Below, piece by piece: positions 1-9,635 of a DNA stretch of 64,000 bases (its first letter is position 1; every line of letters starts with the position of its first letter). This stretch comes from a candidate division FCPU426 bacterium (lineage in GTDB: Bacteria; Oederibacteriota; Muellerivitia; Muellerivitales; Muellerivitaceae), in contig CAVYSE010000025.1 of assembly GCA_963771075.1 (NCBI GenBank), positions 1 through 64,000 of the forward strand, in the 5' to 3' direction. The notes below the pieces were generated by a model. It had not been told where the DNA came from, ran no database searches, and saw only the letters and a list, made by a program, of their open reading frames with translations. A program made the position numbers and the translations under genes.

Positions 1-283
1 TTTATGTCTAGTCTTCACTTGGTTAAACTCCACTGTATTGCTCTTTGCAATTGCCCCTCAGCTCGATGGCGTCAATCAGATTGGTCCGGGTGCTCATGAA
101 GTGGCCTCTTCCAAAAGGGATGCCCTGCCTGGCGCTTCAAATTATATATGATTCTTTCCCGGGACCGCGTCCGGCCCAGATTTATTCCAAACCTTGGCCG
201 CCGTGGAAAAACCCGGGGACCTTTCCATCCTTTACCTTTAACGTGTAATACTCGACTTTGCCAAATTTTGGGGTCGTTCTAAT

Positions 284-470
284 TTTCCCCCTCTGAAAGC
301 GGGGGACTAAGGGGGAGTTAGCCTTTTTAAACCCAATCGACAACGACTAATACCCCCCTACCCCCCTTTTTCACCCCCATTTCACCATTAAGTATTAAAA
401 AATGAAAATGGGGACGTCCCCATGCCCCGTGTCATTCTTTCCAATGGGGCATGGGGGAAGGGGGAATAGT
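284..470. repeat. REP-like palindromic element with nested hairpins
   Basis: Stems ccccct-ctgaaagc-ggggg and an outer ccccctt...aaggggg enclosing ccccatttca...tgaaaatgggg and ccccatgcccc...ggggcatgggg. Confidence 0.5.
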
Positions 471-619
471 CATAGGCAACGCGCTAATAGGAATTTGCCA
501 AAGAAGAGTAATAATTGATTTTTTCCGCAGTCCGTTCTTGAACCGGTCCAACCCGCAGGTTGGCCCCTGTTTCTTTCACTCGTCTTGCTACAATCAAGGG
601 CGGCAAGCGGAGAAACGAC

Positions 620-958
620 ATGTTCAAACTTTTTTTTGCCCTGGTAACCACCGGTCCCCGTTCGGGACAGCAATACATCGTCAAACCCGGCTCCCAACTC
701 TTGATCGGCCGGGTTCCGGAAGCCAACCTTCGGTTGGATAGCGATCTTTATTGCTCGCGGAAACACGCCCTCCTGTATTGGGATATAGACCTCTGCTTCA
801 TCGAGGACCTGCAAAGCACCAACGGAACCTTCGTGAACAACTCAAAGATCGAGGGGAAAAAAGAATTGAGGGACGGGGACCTGGTGGTGACCGGGGATAC
901 CCAAATGGTCATCGGCATCAAGGACTACTCCGGCATGCTGCCCAAGGGCACCCACTGA
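620..958 (+). CDS. FHA domain protein
   Basis: FHA motifs IGR, SRKHA and DLQSTNGTFVN; ATG at 620 follows GGAG (ORF track starts at 560). Confidence 0.85.
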   Translation: MFKLFFALVTTGPRSGQQYIVKPGSQLLIGRVPEANLRLDSDLYCSRKHALLYWDIDLCFIEDLQSTNGTFVNNSKIEGKKELRDGDLVVTGDTQMVIGIKDYSGMLPKGTH

Positions 959-966
959 CCGCGCGG

Positions 967-1166
967 TCAAGCGTTCGTGATTTGGAGCGCCTCGTAAACC
1001 TTCACGGGCTCGGAAAACCCCTTCAGGGTCACGGGTTCCAAGGCCCGCACATCCACCAGCCCCTTTAATTTCCGGTACATGGAATCCGAGATCAAGACCT
1101 TAGTACGATGAGGCGGATAATATAGAAGAATGGATTTTTATTCTTGAGCAGGTCCTTCAAGACCAT
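967..1166 (-). pseudogene. Class III adenylate/guanylate cyclase remnant
   Basis: Frame 1101->967 reads KVLISDSMYRKLKGLVDVRALEPVTLKGFSEPVKVYEAL, a typical cyclase C-terminus; an upstream GGAGG and ATG at 1166 lie in a different frame. Confidence 0.6.
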
Positions 1167-1291
1167 TCTTCCTCCCATGAATGAATCACTACTGGCAATA
1201 GTAATAAAAATCGGTCGGAAAACAAACGGCGCGGTAAAAAAGGGATGCGTTTTTATAAAAAGCCCTATCGGCTGGAAACTTCCCCCATTCT

Positions 1292-2821
1292 TTGGCAAAG
1301 TTGGGTCCTGGTACATCCGAAAGGGCGTCTTACGTGAAACAAAGATCATCCGGCGTATTATTGCATCCGACATCCCTGGCCAACGCTTATCCCATCGGCG
1401 ACCTGGGACCCGCCGCTTACCGCTTCGCCGATTTCCTATATGAGGGCGGACAAAGCGAGTGGCAGATGCTTCCGGTCAGCCCCTCGGGCGGCGGGGATTC
1501 CCCCTACCAATCCCCTTCCGCCTTCGCGGGCAATCCCCTTCTCTTAAGCCCCGACCCGTGGGTGGAGCGGGGATGGCTGGACCGCCAAGACATTGAAATG
1601 GATTCAACCCCGGCTCCCGGAAAGGTGGATTTTCACCGGGCGGCCCTTTTGAAGAACCAATGGTTTAAAAAAGCTTACGGGCGTTTCGAACAGATGGCAA
1701 AGGGCCCCGACCTGGCCCGGTTCGAGGCTTTCTTCCAATCCGAATCCTACTGGCTTGAGGATTTCGTCCTTTTCACGGTCCTCCAATCGAAGCAAGGAAC
1801 CGCCAATTGGACCCGCTGGCCGGAGGAACTTAAAAACCGCCAGCTCTCCGCCCTGCGGCAAACCCGCAAAAAATTCGAGTCGGAGATCCTATTCCACAAA
1901 TTCATCCAATGGCAGTTCGCCGAACAATGGGAGGGCCTGAAAACCTACTGCGCCCAAAAGGGGATCGGCCTGATCGGGGACATCCCCATGTTCGTGTCAT
2001 ACGAAAGCGCGGACGTTTGGGCCCATCCCGAAATTTTCAAGCTGAACCCCGACGGAAGCCTTCCCCTGGTCGCGGGGGTTCCCCCGGATTATTTTTCCCC
2101 CGATGGGCAGGTTTGGGGCACGCCCCTGTACCGGTGGGATGTCCTGCGGGACCAGGGTTACCGCTGGTGGATCGAACGGCTGAAAAAAGCGATGGAGCGG
2201 TTTGACCTCAACCGGCTGGACCATTTCATCGGTTTCGAGCGCGCCTTCGAGGTTCCGGCGGGGGAATCCACCGCCAAGAACGGACAATACCAGCCCGGCG
2301 GGGGGGCTCCCTTCTTTGAGGCGGTTCGGAAGGCCTTTGGGCGCCTGCCCTTGATCGCGGAAGACCTCGGTTTGATCACCCCGGAGGTGGAAGCACTCCG
2401 CGACCAGTTTGAGTTGCCGAGCACGAAGGTTTTGCAGTTTGACTTCGATGCGTCCCTCAAGACCCTTTCCCTCGCGCCCGACCGCCACCCGGTCAACTCG
2501 GTGGTCTATACCGGAACCCACGATAACGACACCACCGCCGGCTGGTATGCCCAGCTTTCCCCCGAACACAAGGAAGCATTAAAGAAGGAATTGGATACCG
2601 ATGACCCGGGGGTGGTTTGGGCCATGATCGGAAAGGCCATGGCCGCGAAGGCCAACCTGGCGATATTTCCCGCTCAGGACCTGTTGGAGCTGGGTTCACA
2701 GGACCGCATGAATATCCCCGGGACCGCCGAGGGCAACTGGAGTTGGCGCCTTCTGGATGGGGCCCTGACCCCGGCACTTGCCGATAAACTGCGGAACCTT
2801 ACCCGCGCCCATGGACGGTAG
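1292..2821 (+). CDS. malQ: 4-alpha-glucanotransferase (amylomaltase, GH77)
   Basis: SGVLLHPTSL, WQMLP, GDSPYQSPSAFAGNP, GVPPDYFS, RLDHFIGF, AEDLG, YTGTHDNDT, RMNIPGT motifs. Confidence 0.95.
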   Translation: MAKLGPGTSERASYVKQRSSGVLLHPTSLANAYPIGDLGPAAYRFADFLYEGGQSEWQMLPVSPSGGGDSPYQSPSAFAGNPLLLSPDPWVERGWLDRQDIEMDSTPAPGKVDFHRAALLKNQWFKKAYGRFEQMAKGPDLARFEAFFQSESYWLEDFVLFTVLQSKQGTANWTRWPEELKNRQLSALRQTRKKFESEILFHKFIQWQFAEQWEGLKTYCAQKGIGLIGDIPMFVSYESADVWAHPEIFKLNPDGSLPLVAGVPPDYFSPDGQVWGTPLYRWDVLRDQGYRWWIERLKKAMERFDLNRLDHFIGFERAFEVPAGESTAKNGQYQPGGGAPFFEAVRKAFGRLPLIAEDLGLITPEVEALRDQFELPSTKVLQFDFDASLKTLSLAPDRHPVNSVVYTGTHDNDTTAGWYAQLSPEHKEALKKELDTDDPGVVWAMIGKAMAAKANLAIFPAQDLLELGSQDRMNIPGTAEGNWSWRLLDGALTPALADKLRNLTRAHGR

Positions 2822-2932
2822 GCTGGAAATTCGTGGTCTTAAGGCCGAAAGGTCCCGGTCACTCGACCAGGGCTTTTGATATTTATATAAAAATTAATTC
2901 GGGAGTTTGCACTTGGCATAGCTTAAAAGTGT

Positions 2933-3075
2933 ACCCTCTCCCCTTGAGGGAGAGGGCATGCCGACCTTCCAATTAGTTAGTTTTTATGGAGGTCGGTATC
3001 GTACCGATCACCTTGATTTAATAAATAGAGGATCGGCACATCCCATCCTTCTCCCTCCAGGGGAGAAGGTGAAAG
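2933..3075. repeat. Four-hairpin dispersed repeat, copy 1
   Basis: Clearly similar to 47823-47960 (gggagagggcatgccgaccttcca...gaggtcggtatcgta.cgatcacc...atttaat.aatagaggatcggcacat.cca.ccttctccctc...agaaggtgaaag). Confidence 0.8.
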
Positions 3076-3158
3076 CCACAACAACTAAACCTTTCTTGAA
3101 TGACTTATGTCAAAGCCATAGTCCCGAATTAATTTGTAGGCCAGGAACCTTTTTTTAC

Positions 3159-3473
3159 TCAAAGCCCACCGTAGAACCTTCCGAAGGCTTTCGCCAGCAT
3201 GAGGGCCATGGCCAAAGCCCCAACCCCTGTCGTGATCACGTGGCGGTTGTCGCGTAGGTCGAATTTCCCAACGCGCACGAGAAGCAGGTAGGCGATGACG
3301 AAATTAAGCGAGCCCCACAGCACGTTCACCGTTGCGGTGGACAACCCTTCCCCGGGCGGGGAGGCAAAGGGGCTTTGGAAAGGATGCCCCGTGATGCCGC
3401 TGACAAAGTGGGGGACGGCGTTGGCGAGAAAGGCCCCTCCCCAAAAATAAGACAAGTAATGGTTCCACTTCAT
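3159..3473 (-). CDS. Small hypothetical membrane protein (about 3 TM)
   Basis: ATG at 3473 follows AGGAGG; hydrophobic segments; FLANAVPHFVSG...FQSPFA motif. Confidence 0.75.
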   Translation of the reverse strand: MKWNHYLSYFWGGAFLANAVPHFVSGITGHPFQSPFASPPGEGLSTATVNVLWGSLNFVIAYLLLVRVGKFDLRDNRHVITTGVGALAMALMLAKAFGRFYGGL

Positions 3474-3603
3474 AAAAGCCTCCTGGGTACGGGAATAAGA
3501 CGATTTTAATGATTGGATGAAGCTAAAACCAAAGAATTGATACGGAAAATCCCAACTCTTCGCCGGGTTGCGTGAGGCTTGAACCCCATTTCCCGGCCCC
3601 CCC

Positions 3604-5295
3604 TTATTTATCCGGCGCGCCGTCGCCGGACCCATCGAAACCGGGGATCAGGCTCGCGGCTTCTTGAAACTCCTCCATCGCTTCCTGTTGGCGGCCCAGC
3701 TTTTGGTAGAGGAGCCCCAGGTGGCGGTGGGCCTGCAAGTCTTGCGGGTCCAGGGACAGGGCCTCCTGGAACTCGCGGATCGCCTCCTCCGTCAGGCCCT
3801 TGTCCATCAGGGCCACTCCCTTCCCGTCGTGGGGATAGGCGCGGGGAGGGCCGATCGCGATGGCCTGGTCATACTCGGAAACGGCGTCGTCCGGCCTCCC
3901 GGCGGAGCGGTAGGCGTTGGCCAGGTTGGAGTGGACCATCTGGGAAACCCCGGGATATGCCTTGGCCACGTTTTCCCAAAGGGTGACCGAATCTTTCCAC
4001 AGGCCGGCTTGCCGCCACGTCAGCGCGCCGAGGCCCCCGGCTATCAGGAAGCAAAATAAAAAGGCCAGGAGAATATTTTTCCTGAGGGAAAGCACGACCC
4101 AGGTTCCCAACAACAGGCAAGGCCCCAGGCTGGGCAGGTAGGTGTAACGGTCCGCGGCGGCTTGGCCGCCGACCTGCAGCAAGCCCAAAACCGGCGCCAG
4201 GGTGGCCAGGTAATAAAGCCAGGCGGCGACCCAGTAGGGCCGGGTTCGGCGCGCGGAAAAACAGGCCCATGAAACCAACAGCACGGCTAAGGCCGCCAAG
4301 AGGTTCGGGAGCGAAAAGGCACCGGCCCCGGGCACCAGGGGATAATAAGGATGGAGATGGACCGGCAGGATCATCTTCCAAAGATAAAAAGCCAACGAGT
4401 GAAACGCGTTCATGGCCCGAAAGGGAAGACCGGAATCCCCCTCGGGGGAAATGGCGTTCCATTGGGCTTGGGCGGTCACGGCCAAGCCGGTAAAAACCAG
4501 GGCCGCCAGGAAGAAGGGGATTTTTTCCCGCAACGCCTCACGCCAGGAAGCGGGAAGCCTTCCCAGTGGCCAATAATCCAAAACCAGCATCGCCACCGGA
4601 AGCGTGATGGCCATGGGTTTGGCCATGGCCGCCAGCACGAAAAGCCCCAGGCAAAGCGCGGCCTTGCCGTTCCTGCCCGCCGCCGCCCCCGCCCAGCGCA
4701 GGTAGGCCAATAGGCTCAGGAGGTAAAAGAACCCACACAGTACGTCCTTGCGTTCCGTGGCCCAGGCCACGGACTCCACATGGATGGGATGAAGCCCGAA
4801 CAGCAAGGCCGCAAGCGCCGCCGCGGCCAGCGACCGGCCCTTGGACAGGCCCTGAACCGCCGGGTCGCGGTTTTTCCACGCCACGCCGAGGATTTGGAAA
4901 GACAGGAAAAAAACCAGGACCGTGTTGAGGCCGTGCAGAAGCAAGTTGTCCAGGTGGTAAACCACCGGGTTGAGGCCGCCGATTTGGTAATCCAGGGCGA
5001 GGGAAAGCCAGGTAAGGGGGATCCAGTTGCCCGTGTGGAATGTGGTGAACATCCATTGCAGGGAGGGCAGGCTGAAATCGCGGATATATGGATTTTCCTT
5101 GATGGCTTCCGGATCGTCCCAATTCACGAAACCGTTATGGAGGATCGGCAGGTAGGCCAAGAGGACGGCCAGGAACAAGGCCAGGGAGAGGGCACCGAGA
5201 ATAAACCCGTCGCTCCGCCAAAAACCGGTCTGTGGATGGGCCGGGGCCTTGGAACCCCGCCCCGGGTCCAAGGAAGGGTTACCGTTGGAAGGCAC
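3604..5295 (-). CDS. TMTC-like GT-C membrane glycosyltransferase with C-terminal TPRs
   Basis: FVNWDD, WIPLTWLSLALD, YHLDNLLLH, LHPIHVESVAW..ERKD, ADRYTYLP, W..S..LW motifs followed by TPR repeats. Confidence 0.85.
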   Translation of the reverse strand: MPSNGNPSLDPGRGSKAPAHPQTGFWRSDGFILGALSLALFLAVLLAYLPILHNGFVNWDDPEAIKENPYIRDFSLPSLQWMFTTFHTGNWIPLTWLSLALDYQIGGLNPVVYHLDNLLLHGLNTVLVFFLSFQILGVAWKNRDPAVQGLSKGRSLAAAALAALLFGLHPIHVESVAWATERKDVLCGFFYLLSLLAYLRWAGAAAGRNGKAALCLGLFVLAAMAKPMAITLPVAMLVLDYWPLGRLPASWREALREKIPFFLAALVFTGLAVTAQAQWNAISPEGDSGLPFRAMNAFHSLAFYLWKMILPVHLHPYYPLVPGAGAFSLPNLLAALAVLLVSWACFSARRTRPYWVAAWLYYLATLAPVLGLLQVGGQAAADRYTYLPSLGPCLLLGTWVVLSLRKNILLAFLFCFLIAGGLGALTWRQAGLWKDSVTLWENVAKAYPGVSQMVHSNLANAYRSAGRPDDAVSEYDQAIAIGPPRAYPHDGKGVALMDKGLTEEAIREFQEALSLDPQDLQAHRHLGLLYQKLGRQQEAMEEFQEAASLIPGFDGSGDGAPDK

Positions 5296-5478
5296 TTTTC
5301 CCCTCTCGTGGCTCTCAAAGCCAATCAGCCTGGGTGGATGCGGCTAAACGAAGCCTCATTATACTTGTTTTAATGATCGCTTATTGGGGGGGATCGGGGC
5401 CCTTGAGCCTGGGGATGGAAGCCGGGTTCTTTTTATTCCGCCAAAATGGAATAGGGGTGCCTGAGTACTGATTTCTCC

Positions 5479-5886
5479 TTATTCCTTTACCAGGCTCAAC
5501 CCGGCGGATTTGAAGTGGCTGTCGAAGCTGAACACCTCATGGATCTCAAGCCGCTCAGCCACGGCAATGGCCACCGCGTCGAAATAGCTAAGGTCCCGCG
5601 AACGGTTGGTTTGCTGCAACAGGGCATGCGCCGTCCACTCATCCTCGAGGGTGGCCCGTTCGATCTCATATTCCTGCACCGCCGCGTTCAGGAAGGCCCG
5701 GGCGGCTTGGGGCCCCAACCGTTTGTTGAGGATGGCGTGGGATTCGGCGAGCAGGAAGTTCGGCAGGACCAAAACGACCCTGCGCCGGATGAGGGCTTGG
5801 TTGATGGAAACCGCGTTCTTGTGGTGGGAATCGTCCGAATTTAAAAGGGCGAATACGGCGCTCGTATCCATTAAGACCTTATCCAT
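5479..5886 (-). CDS. vapC: PIN-domain (VapC-type) toxin
   Basis: VLMDTSAVFA, LAE, LSYFDA, FSFDSHF acidic PIN motifs; start overlaps the antitoxin stop. Confidence 0.85.
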   Translation of the reverse strand: MDKVLMDTSAVFALLNSDDSHHKNAVSINQALIRRRVVLVLPNFLLAESHAILNKRLGPQAARAFLNAAVQEYEIERATLEDEWTAHALLQQTNRSRDLSYFDAVAIAVAERLEIHEVFSFDSHFKSAGLSLVKE

Positions 5887-6130
5887 GCGCCTGTTTCGCC
5901 AGGACCTCGTCCAAGTCCATTTTGCCCATGCGAAAACTTCCAATAAGGTTCTTCATGTGCTTGCCGGTATAGGTGCGGCGGGTGCTTTTTCCCGTCGAGC
6001 GGAGCGCTTCCCGGATCAGCTCCCGGGCCTCCAAGCTGATGGATAGCCCGTTCTTTTTCGCCAGGCCACGCAGGTTATCGAATAAAGGCCGCTCTAAAAC
6101 GACGTGAATTCTCGGGTTCTTGGTGGGCAT
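5879..6130 (-). CDS. Antitoxin with ribbon-helix-helix-like N-terminus
   Basis: RIHVVLE...LAKKNGLSISLEARELIREAL; lies directly upstream of the PIN gene. Confidence 0.75.
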   Translation of the reverse strand: MPTKNPRIHVVLERPLFDNLRGLAKKNGLSISLEARELIREALRSTGKSTRRTYTGKHMKNLIGSFRMGKMDLDEVLAKQAHG

Positions 6131-6911
6131 GGCGTTTCTCCAGTGGATTTAACCAAAGGTTAGCATAAGTGGGGAACCTGTTCAATCACCCGCATCACGG
6201 ACCTTAATGGGAAAATCGGCGGTGGAATGGATTCAACAAAACGGGGACCGCTTGGGAAGGGTTTGGGCGAATGACGTGAAAAGGCATTTCGGGTCCGATT
6301 CGTCGAATCACGTTATTCCGAAATGGTAATAAACTAAAATGGAAAATGTTGACCTGGAACTTTTTTATACGGACAACGATCAAACCTTAAATTAAATTTG
6401 GCCCTTCTGCGGCCGTTTTTATAACTAAGACACTTCTTTTTTGACGGTTCCGCTTCCGTGGCAAGTGGGACAGACTTTTATTTTGCCATGGCAGACCGGG
6501 CAAACGACCTTTCCGGTCCCGTTGCAGACGGGGCAAACCCCCGTGTCCACCCAAGAGCCGTTGACCAGCGAGATCACGTGGCCGATATGGTTCTGGTTAT
6601 AGGCGCACCAGCCCCCGTTCGGACTGTTGAACTGCATCCAGACATCCGTATCCGGATGGCCGGCCACTTGCATGTGGGTCCACCCCGGATCGTCCTTTTT
6701 CAGGCATTGATTGGGGCAAGGCACCATCCCATGGTCGCAAGCCGGGTTCGCGCACTTGATGATGCCCGTTCCTTCGCAATCGGGGCATTTCACAAGGACA
6801 TATTCGTGATTGGTAGACAATAATTGTATTTCTATCTTTTGCCCTCTATTGAAAACATCGCACTGGTACTCTCGCGAAGTGTCATATGCAAATTGTTGTA
6901 AATCAGTTACC

Positions 6912-8269
6912 CCCCGCGTCAAGAATTTGGGTGTAAATTTTCACGGGCGTCTTAATCAAGCGGCTTGAGCTTCTGCCTCCTTCCTTGAGGTGTGGACTTT
7001 AAGCCTATCCCATCTTTCTTGTTGGGCCTCGGCCACTGCCCAGACCAATTTAGTCAGTTCCAATTCATTCTGCATCATCCCCGCCGGCCTCAGCCTTCTC
7101 CTGAGCTCCAGGTTGAACCTCTCGATGAGGTTGCTGGAACGAGTAATCAGCCAGTACTTTGGTTTTTCCCCAAAGAATCGGGTGTAAGCCTCGAATTTTT
7201 CCTCCGTCATCTCCACCGCCTTGGGATATGTCCTGGACCACCTGGTCTTGAGGCTTCCCAAAGCTATCAAGGCTTTTTCCCGGCTTTCGGCCCAGTACAC
7301 TGCCTTGAAATCGGCCATAAAAGCCTTTTGGTCCTTCCAGGCCACCCGGAAACGGACGTTCTTCATTTTGTGCACCACGCACAGTTGGTGGGTAACTCCC
7401 AAACGTTTTTCGACCGCCGCGATAATCCCGCCATGCGCGTCGGAGACCACCAGCCTCAAGGTTTGGCGGTCCAATCCTCGGTTCAACAGGTCTTCTACCA
7501 TGGTTGTCCAGGAAGCTTCACTCTCCCGGTCGCCTACCAGATATCCCAGAAAATGCCGTTTGAGATTCCCATCCACCCCGATAGCCACCAGCAAGGCTTG
7601 TTTCACGCCAGCCTCTTGACGCCTGACTGTCAGGTAAAGCGCATCCAGGTACAGGTATCGGATCCCTTCGGGTAATGGCCGCTTCTCCCATTCCCGCAAC
7701 GTGGGTTCCAAGGCGTTGGTCATCTGGCTGATGTGGCTGGCCGTCCATTTCGTTCCAAAGGCCTCGTTCATCCCCGCCGCTACCGACCGGGTGGAAGCCC
7801 CTTTCAGCCAGAAATTCATTCCCAGGTAACCCATCAGGGCTTGGCTGCCTTCCCTCAAGGCTTTCAAAGTCTCGGAAACGAACCCTTTGCCCTTCCTCAA
7901 AACTGGTTTTCTCAATTCCAATCGGCCTAAAAATCCAGGCACGAAAACCTGCTTGAAACCATTACGGTAACGGGGTTTTTCCTGTCTTTCGTAGGGTTGG
8001 CTACCCAAGAACTCGTCCCGTTCCTTCTCCAATTGGGTATTGAAAGCCTCGGAAAGCTGCTGGTTGAGAGCCTCGCCGACCCATTGGCCGATCTGTCGGC
8101 TTCCGACCGCCGACTTGACCATGGCTTGGGTTTTCTCCCTTGCCAAGGCCTCTAAGGCTAGGTGTATATTCTTCATGGGCGTAACGTCCTTTCACAAAAG
8201 GGATATGGTGTCGTGAACAAACACCATGTTACGCCCGCTTCTTTTTACACCCTTAAATTTTACGCGGCC
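6912..8269 (-). mobile_element. IS256-family insertion sequence
   Basis: 8-bp TSD cagttacc at 6904-6911 and 8270-8277; imperfect TIRs ccgcgt.aa.a.tt..gggtgtaaa. Confidence 0.9.
6956..8176 (-). CDS. IS256-family (Mutator-like) DDE transposase
   Basis: YRNGF, YLYLDA, AIGVD, ESEASW, VVSDAHGG, QLCVVHK, SSNLIERFNLELRRR motifs. Confidence 0.92.
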   Translation of the reverse strand: MKNIHLALEALAREKTQAMVKSAVGSRQIGQWVGEALNQQLSEAFNTQLEKERDEFLGSQPYERQEKPRYRNGFKQVFVPGFLGRLELRKPVLRKGKGFVSETLKALREGSQALMGYLGMNFWLKGASTRSVAAGMNEAFGTKWTASHISQMTNALEPTLREWEKRPLPEGIRYLYLDALYLTVRRQEAGVKQALLVAIGVDGNLKRHFLGYLVGDRESEASWTTMVEDLLNRGLDRQTLRLVVSDAHGGIIAAVEKRLGVTHQLCVVHKMKNVRFRVAWKDQKAFMADFKAVYWAESREKALIALGSLKTRWSRTYPKAVEMTEEKFEAYTRFFGEKPKYWLITRSSNLIERFNLELRRRLRPAGMMQNELELTKLVWAVAEAQQERWDRLKVHTSRKEAEAQAA

Positions 8270-8736
8270 CAGTTACCTGGCCCCCAATTGGAACAAGTCT
8301 CTTTTTATATGCGGGGGACCAATTTAAAATATATGTTGTTCCAACAATTTTTGTTGCTTCCGTTAATAATTTTATTTCTTTCGTTGTATAAACCTTGAAA
8401 TTTATATCTTTAAAATCAGTCGTGCTTATATTTTCGATTGTCACAGTTGTGAAGTACAAGTTGTTTACTGGCGTATCTCGCCAAAGAACTTTTACATTTC
8501 CGAAAATTGCATCTTGAGCCGATACGGCAATTTGTTGGGTGTTTACTTTATAAATCAATTTTTTAGATTTATTTTTAATTTTCCCTACGATTGCACCGAT
8601 TATTGATCCTAAAATCAAAAAAGTAATTCTTACAAATACCTCGTTTTTAAAGATTTCCATTTTTCCCTCAAATTTCGATAATTCATTAAATTATACTCAG
8701 AATTTTACTTCGGGCTTTCTCTTTTCCCCCACCAAA

Positions 8737-8772
8737 AATAAAAGGCCCGCCCCCAACTAAGGGAACGGGCCT
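8737..8772 (-). terminator. Rho-independent terminator (duplicate of the nrdJ terminator)
   Basis: Minus strand aggcccgttccc-ttagtt-gggggcgggcct followed by tttattttt. Confidence 0.75.
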
Positions 8773-8822
8773 CGGCCTCTATTTAAACAATCCCTCATTC
8801 AAGAGGGACGTCGACTTTCAGC

Positions 8823-8950
8823 TCAACTGCAACCGCTGCTCGTGCCACAGTTCAGGCACTTATAGCATGCCGCGCTGCGAACCATGATCGTGCCACATTC
8901 GGGGCAGGGGGGGCGTCCGCCTGGGTGACGAACACGCCGTATTCCCTTCC
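8823..8950 (-). pseudogene. Displaced, diverged copy of the nrdJ 3' end (zinc ribbon)
   Basis: Reads REYGVFVTQAD-PPCPECGTIMVRSAACYKCLNCGTSSGCS*, versus NrdJ RENSIFMAQADAPPCPECGAIMVRNAACYKCLNCGSTSGCS*; one base missing in the G run near 8907-8913. Confidence 0.85.
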
Positions 8951-8957
8951 CTCATGC

Positions 8958-9251
8958 TCATTTTATCGGATGCATGACAACCGATTTACCCTTCTTCATT
9001 TCCGCGTAACGACTACGAATTTCCTTGTCTTCTTGTGCTGTGGGCTTTGTAAAGCGGAGAGGGGCTCTTCTATAAATAACCGCCGCCAATTCTGAAATAA
9101 GTTTTTGGACCTTTGGGCTCTCCTTGGAAACAAGCGTGCTCATGACCGCAAAATCAATGAATTGGTTCGTGTTTTCAAACGGCATTTTCTCCACCGCTTG
9201 CATGAGCTTTTTCTTTCCGATGCTTGGCCGGTAACTGATGACGCCTTCCAT
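8958..9251 (-). CDS. Hypothetical protein, possible antitoxin/DNA-binding protein
   Basis: ATG follows GGGAGG; small basic protein paired with the upstream small ORF. Confidence 0.55.
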   Translation of the reverse strand: MEGVISYRPSIGKKKLMQAVEKMPFENTNQFIDFAVMSTLVSKESPKVQKLISELAAVIYRRAPLRFTKPTAQEDKEIRSRYAEMKKGKSVVMHPIK

Positions 9252-9309
9252 GCTCGCCTCCCATCAAGTTCATTGACTGTTGATGATATTATCATAGCTC
9301 ATTTGTATG

Positions 9310-9603
9310 CTATTTTGTATGCTTCTTTTCGGCCTTTTTACGCAATTCAAAATGAGTAATGTTTAGTGTTCTTAGGGGATCGGTATCTTCAATCACACCG
9401 CGGATATCAAAAATGCAGGATTTCTCCGAAACAAACGTGTCCTGGTTGTATTCCCGCCTTATGATTCCGCCTCTTTCGGGGGGGATTTCGAACAAATCGT
9501 TGTAATAACTAACGGCCAATTGGGATATAAGCAGTGAGCCTTTTTTCAATTTCTTAAAGGATTCATCGGCTTCTAAACTAAATACAACGTTTACTCTCTC
9601 CAT
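9310..9603 (-). CDS. Hypothetical protein, possible RelE/ParE-like toxin
   Basis: ATG at 9603 follows GAGGAG; N-terminus VNVVFSLEADESFKKL resembles the RelE/ParE pattern; low GC. Confidence 0.45.
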   Translation of the reverse strand: MERVNVVFSLEADESFKKLKKGSLLISQLAVSYYNDLFEIPPERGGIIRREYNQDTFVSEKSCIFDIRGVIEDTDPLRTLNITHFELRKKAEKKHTK

Positions 9604-9635
9604 AAGATTTCTCCTCATAAATTACAGCCATATAT

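Larger units (their letters stand above)
6425..8660 (-). pseudogene. Membrane-anchored protein with DnaJ-like CxxCxGxG zinc-finger repeats, interrupted by IS256
   Basis: Removing IS 6912-8269 and one TSD joins ...PIGGQVT|DLQQFAY... in frame; CPDCEGTG, CPVCNGTG, CPVCHG and CPTCHGSG repeats. Confidence 0.8.

Noticed and set aside
23..97. 24-codon minus-strand ORF with a possible RBS
   Set aside because: Too short and too close to the window edge to support
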